Source: the human T2T-CHM13v2.0 reference genome, Homo sapiens. From it: 64,000 nt of DNA. The notes under the pieces are model-generated. The model worked only from the letters and a program-made list of their open reading frames with translations, was not told the DNA's origin and searched no databases. A program made the position numbers and the translations under genes. Of the stretch, positions 59,201-64,000 are shown piece by piece. Positions within the stretch are counted from its first letter, which is position 1. Each line of letters opens with the position of its first letter. The stretch lies in NCBI RefSeq assembly GCF_009914755.1, contig NC_060931.1. One strand, given 5' to 3'.

Positions 59201-62200
59201 TTTCCTTTTCTACCGCAGGCCAGAAAGTGCTCCAAATGTCCACTTGCAGATTCTACAAAAAGAGCTTTTCTACACTGCTCAATCAAAGGAAAGGTTCAAC
59301 TCTGGGAAATGAACACACACATAAAAAAGAAGTTTCTCAGAATTCTTTTGTCGAGTTTTCATGGAAAGATATTTCCTTTTCCACTGTAGGCCTCAAAGGG
59401 CTCCAAATGTCCACTTGCATATTCTACAAAAATACAGTTTCAAAACTGCTCAATGAAAGAAAGTTTTAACTCTGTGAGATGAATGCACACATCACAAAGA
59501 AGTTTCACGGAATGCTTCTATCTAGTTTTTATGTGAAGATATTTCTTTTTCCACCACAGGCCTCAAAGCACTCCAAATTTCCATCTGCAGATCCTACAAA
59601 AAGAGAGTTTCAAAACTCCTCAATCAAAAGAAAGGTTTAACTCTGTGAGATGAATGCACACATTCCAAAGAAGTTTCTCAGATTGCTTCTTTCTAGATTT
59701 CATGTGAAGACATTTCCTTTTCTAACATAGGCTGCAAAGCGTTCCAAATATCCACTTGCAGATTCTCAAAAAGAGTGTTTCCAAACTGCTCAATAAAAAG
59801 AAAGTTTCAGTTCCGTGAGATGAATGCACACACACAAAGAAGTTTCTCAGAATTATTCTGTCTACTTTTTATGTGAAGATATATCCTTTTCCACCAAAAG
59901 CCTCAAAGCCCTCCAAATGTCCACTTGCAAATTATACAAAAAGAGAGTTTCAAAAGGGCTCACTGAAAAGAATGATTTAACTCTGTGCGATGAATGCATA
60001 CATCACAAAGTAGTTACTCAGATGGCTTCTGTCTAGATTTTATGTGACGATATTAACTTTTCAAACTTAGGATGCAAAGTGCTCCAAATGTCCACTTGCA
60101 GATTCTACAAAAAGAGAGTTTCAAACCTGCTCAATCAAAAGAAAGGTTTAAATCTGTGAGATGAATGCACACATCACAAAGAAGTTTCTCAGATTGCTTC
60201 TGTCTAAATTTTATGGAAGATATTTCCTTTTCTACCATAGGTTGCAAAGCAGTCCAAATGTCCATTTGCAGATTCTACAAAAAGAGTGTTTCCAAACTGC
60301 TCAATAAAAAGAAAGTTTCAAATCTGGGCGATAAATGCACACATCACAGAGAAGTTTCTCAGAATTCTTCTGTCTAGTTTTTATGTGAAGATATTTCCTT
60401 TTCCACCATAGGCCTCAAGGCTTTCGAAATGTCCACTTGCAGATTCTTCAAAAAGAGTAATTCAAAACTGGTCCTTCAAAAGAAAGGATCAACTCTGTGA
60501 GATGAATGTACACATCACAAAGAAGTTTCTTAGAATGCTCCTATCTAGATTTTATGTGAAGATATTTCTTTTTCCACAATAGACCTCAAAGCGCTCCAAA
60601 TGTCCACTTGCAGATTCTACAAAAAGAGAGTTTCAAAACTGCTCAATCAAAAGAAAGTTTCAACTCTGAGAGATGAATCACACATCACAAGAATTTTCTC
60701 AGAATGCTTCTTTCAAGTATTTATGTGAAGATATTTCCTTTTCCACCATAGGCCTCAAAGCGCTCCAAATGTCCACTTCCAGATCCTACAAAAAGAGAGT
60801 TTCAAAACTGCTCAATCAAAAGAAAGATTTAACTCTGTGAGATGAATACACATATCACATAAAAGTTTCTCAGATTGCTTCTGTCTAGATCTTATATGAA
60901 GATATTTCCTTTCTACCATAGGACACAAAGTGCTCCAAATGGCCACTTGCAGATTCTACAAACATAGTGTTTCCAAACTGTTCAATCAAAAGAAAGGTTC
61001 AACTCTGTGAGATGAAGGCACGCCTCACAAAATAGTTTCTCAGAATTCTTCTGTCTAGTTTTTATGTGAACATATTTCATTTTCCACCATAGGCCTCAAA
61101 GTGCTCCAATGTCACCTTGCAGATTCTACAAAAAGAGAGTTTCAAAACAACTCTATCAAAAGAAAGTTTTGACTCTGTGGGTTGAATGCACACATCACAA
61201 AGAAGTTTCTCAGATTTCTTCTGTCTAGATTTTATGTGAAGATATTTCCTTTTCAACCGTAATTCTCTAAGTGCTCCAAATGTCCACTTGCAGATTTTAC
61301 AAAAGGAGTGTTTCCAAACTGCTCAATCAAACGAAAGGTTCAACTATGTGAGATGAATGCGCACATCACAAATAAGTTTCTCAGAATTTTTCTGTCTAGT
61401 TTTTATGTGAAGATATTTCCTTTTCCACCATATGCCTCAAAGCGCTCCAAAAGTCCACTTGCAGATCCTACAAAAAGAGAGTTTCAAAACAGCTCTATGA
61501 AAAGGAAGGTTTATATCTGTGTGATTAATTCACATACCACAAAGAAGTTTCTCAGGTTGCTTCTGTCTAGATTTTATGTGAAGATATTTCCTTTTCGACC
61601 ATAGGCTGCAAAGCGTTCCAAATGTCCACTTGCAGATCCTACAAAAAGAGTGTTTCCAAACTGCTCAATGAAAAGAAAGGTTCAACGCTGTGAGATGAAC
61701 GCACACATCACAAAGAAGTTTCTCAGAAAACTTCTGTCTACTTTTTATGTGAAGATATTTCCTTTTCCACAATAAGCCTCAAAGCGTTCCAAATGTCCAC
61801 TTGCAGATTCTACAAAAACAGAGTTGCAAAACTGCTCAATCAAAAGAAAGGTTTAACTCTGTGAGATGTAGCCACACATCACAAAGAAGTTGTGAGAATT
61901 CTTCCGAAAACATTTTATGTGAATATATCTCTTTTTTCTACCACTCGCCGCAAAGCGCTCCATATGTCCACTTGCAGATTCTACAAAAAGAGTGTTTCCA
62001 AACTGCTCAATCAAAAGAAAGTTTCATCTCTCTGAGATGAATGCACACATCACAAAGAATTTTCTCAGAATTCTTCTGTCTAGTTTTTATGTGAAGATAT
62101 TTCCTTTTCCGCCATAGGCCTCAAAGTGCTCCAAATGTCCACTTGCAGATTTTACAAAAGGAGAGTTTCAAAACTGCTCAATCAAAAGAAAGGGTTAACT

Positions 62201-64000
62201 CTGTGAGATTAATGCACACATCAGAAAGAAGTTTCTCAAAATTCGTCTGAGTTGTTTTTATGTGAAGATATTTCCTTTTCTACCATAGGCCGCAAAGTGC
62301 TCCAAATGGCCACTTGCAGATTCAACAAAAAGAGTATTTCCAAACTGCTTAATCAAAAGAAAGGTTCAACTATGTGAGATGAGCCCACATATCAGAAAGA
62401 AGTTTCTCAGAATTCTTCTGTCTGGTTTTTATGTGAAGATATTTCCTTTTCCACCATAGGCCTCAAAGCACTCCAAAAGTCCACTTGCATATTCTACAAA
62501 AATAGAGTTTCAAAACTGCTCAATGAAAAGAAAGGTTTAATTCTGTGAGATGAATGCACACATCAAAAGGAAGTTTCTCAGATTGCTTCTGTGTAGATTT
62601 TATGTGAAGATATTTCCTTTTCTACCATAGTCTGTGATGTCCTCCAAATGTCCACTTACAGATTCTAAAAAAAGAGTGTTCCCAAACTTCTCAATCAAAA
62701 GTAAGGTTCAACTCTTTTAGATGAACGCACACGTCACAAAAGAATTTTCTCAGTATACTTCTGTCTGGTTTTTATTTGAAGATTTTTCCTTTTCTATCCT
62801 AGGCCTCAAAGCGCTCCAAATATCCGCTTGCAGATTCTACAAAAACATATTTTCAAAACTGCTCAATCCAACGGAAGCTTTAACTCTTTGAAATGAATGT
62901 ACACATGACAAAGAAGTTTCCCAGATTGCTTCTGTCTAGATTTTATGTGGAGATATTTCCTTTTCTACCATAGGCTGCAATGTTCTCCAAATGTCGACTT
63001 CCAGATTATACAAAAGGAACTTTTCCAAGCTGCTCAATCAAAAGCAAGTTACAACTCTGCCAGATGAACGCACACATCACAAAGAAGTTTCTCAGAATTC
63101 TTCTTTCTGGTTTTTATGGGAAGGTATTTCCTTTTCCACCATAGGCCTCAAAGTTCTCCAAATGTCCAGTTGCCCATTCTACCAAAACAGAGGTTCAAAA
63201 CTCCTCAATCAAAAAAAGGTTTAACACTGTGAGATGAATACACACATCACAAAGAAGTTTCTCAGATTGCTCCTGTCTAGATTTTATGTGAAGATATTTC
63301 CTTCTCTACCATAGTCCGTAAAGCGCTCCAAATGTCCACTTGCAGATTCTAAAAAAGAGTGTTTCCAAACGGCTCAATGAAAGACATATTCAACTCTGTG
63401 AGATGAAAGCACACATCACAAATAAGTTTCTCAGAATTCTGTCTAGTTTTTATGTGATGATATTTCCATTTCCACCATACACCTGTAGGTGCTCGAAATG
63501 TCCACTTGCAGATTCTACAAAAAGAGTATTTCAGAACTCGTCCTTCAAAAGAAAGGTTCAACTCTGGGAAATTAATGCACACATCACAAATATGTTTCTC
63601 AGAATGTTTCTATCTAGTGTTTATGTGAAGGTGTTTCCTTTTCCACCATAGGCCTCAATGCACTCCAAATGTCCACTTGCAGATACTACAAAAAGAGAGT
63701 TTCTGAACTTCTAAATCAAAAGAAAGGTTTAACTCTGTGAGATGAATGCACACATCACAAAGAAGTTTCTCTAATTGCTTCTGTCTACATTTTATGTGAA
63801 GATATTTCCTTTTCTACCATAGGCTGCAAAGCACTCCAAATGTCCACTTGCAGATTCTACAAAAAGAGTGTTTCAAAACTGTTCAATCAAAAGAAAGGTT
63901 CAACTCTGTGAGATGAACGCAAACATCACAAAGGAGTTTCTAAGAATCCTTCTGTCTAGTTTTTATGTGGTGATATTTCCTTCTTCACCATAGACCCCAA
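53267..64000 (-). repeat. Alpha satellite layer A with internal multi-monomer duplications
   Basis: Same diagnostics as 42501-48904, with rare motifs repeated at multiples of ~171 bp. Confidence 0.93.

Overview
This is primate (hominoid-like) pericentromeric DNA with no cellular genes. About 55 kb is diverged 171-bp alpha satellite with A/pJ-alpha boxes and no intact CENP-B box seen. Three dead L1 insertions of roughly L1PA2/L1PA3 type interrupt it: a 270-bp 3' stub, a 4.3-kb twin-primed (5'-inverted) copy and a 4.4-kb 5'-truncated copy. The short satellite ORFs are reading-frame artefacts. Structure read from the sequence: (1) a 13.4-kb satellite block in opposite orientation (2104-15472) with a fold-back junction; (2) monomer types nested symmetrically as A-B-C-B-A around a core at 25.6-40.3 kb, as expected for layered expansion; (3) several decayed higher-order duplications (about 11, 13, 17 and 21 monomers); (4) two independent L1 copies that share variants absent from the L1HS consensus as I recall it and have 5' ends only about 63 nt apart; (5) a template-switch micro-inversion in one L1 endonuclease domain. 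All comparisons were made by eye, so subfamily names and layer boundaries are approximate.
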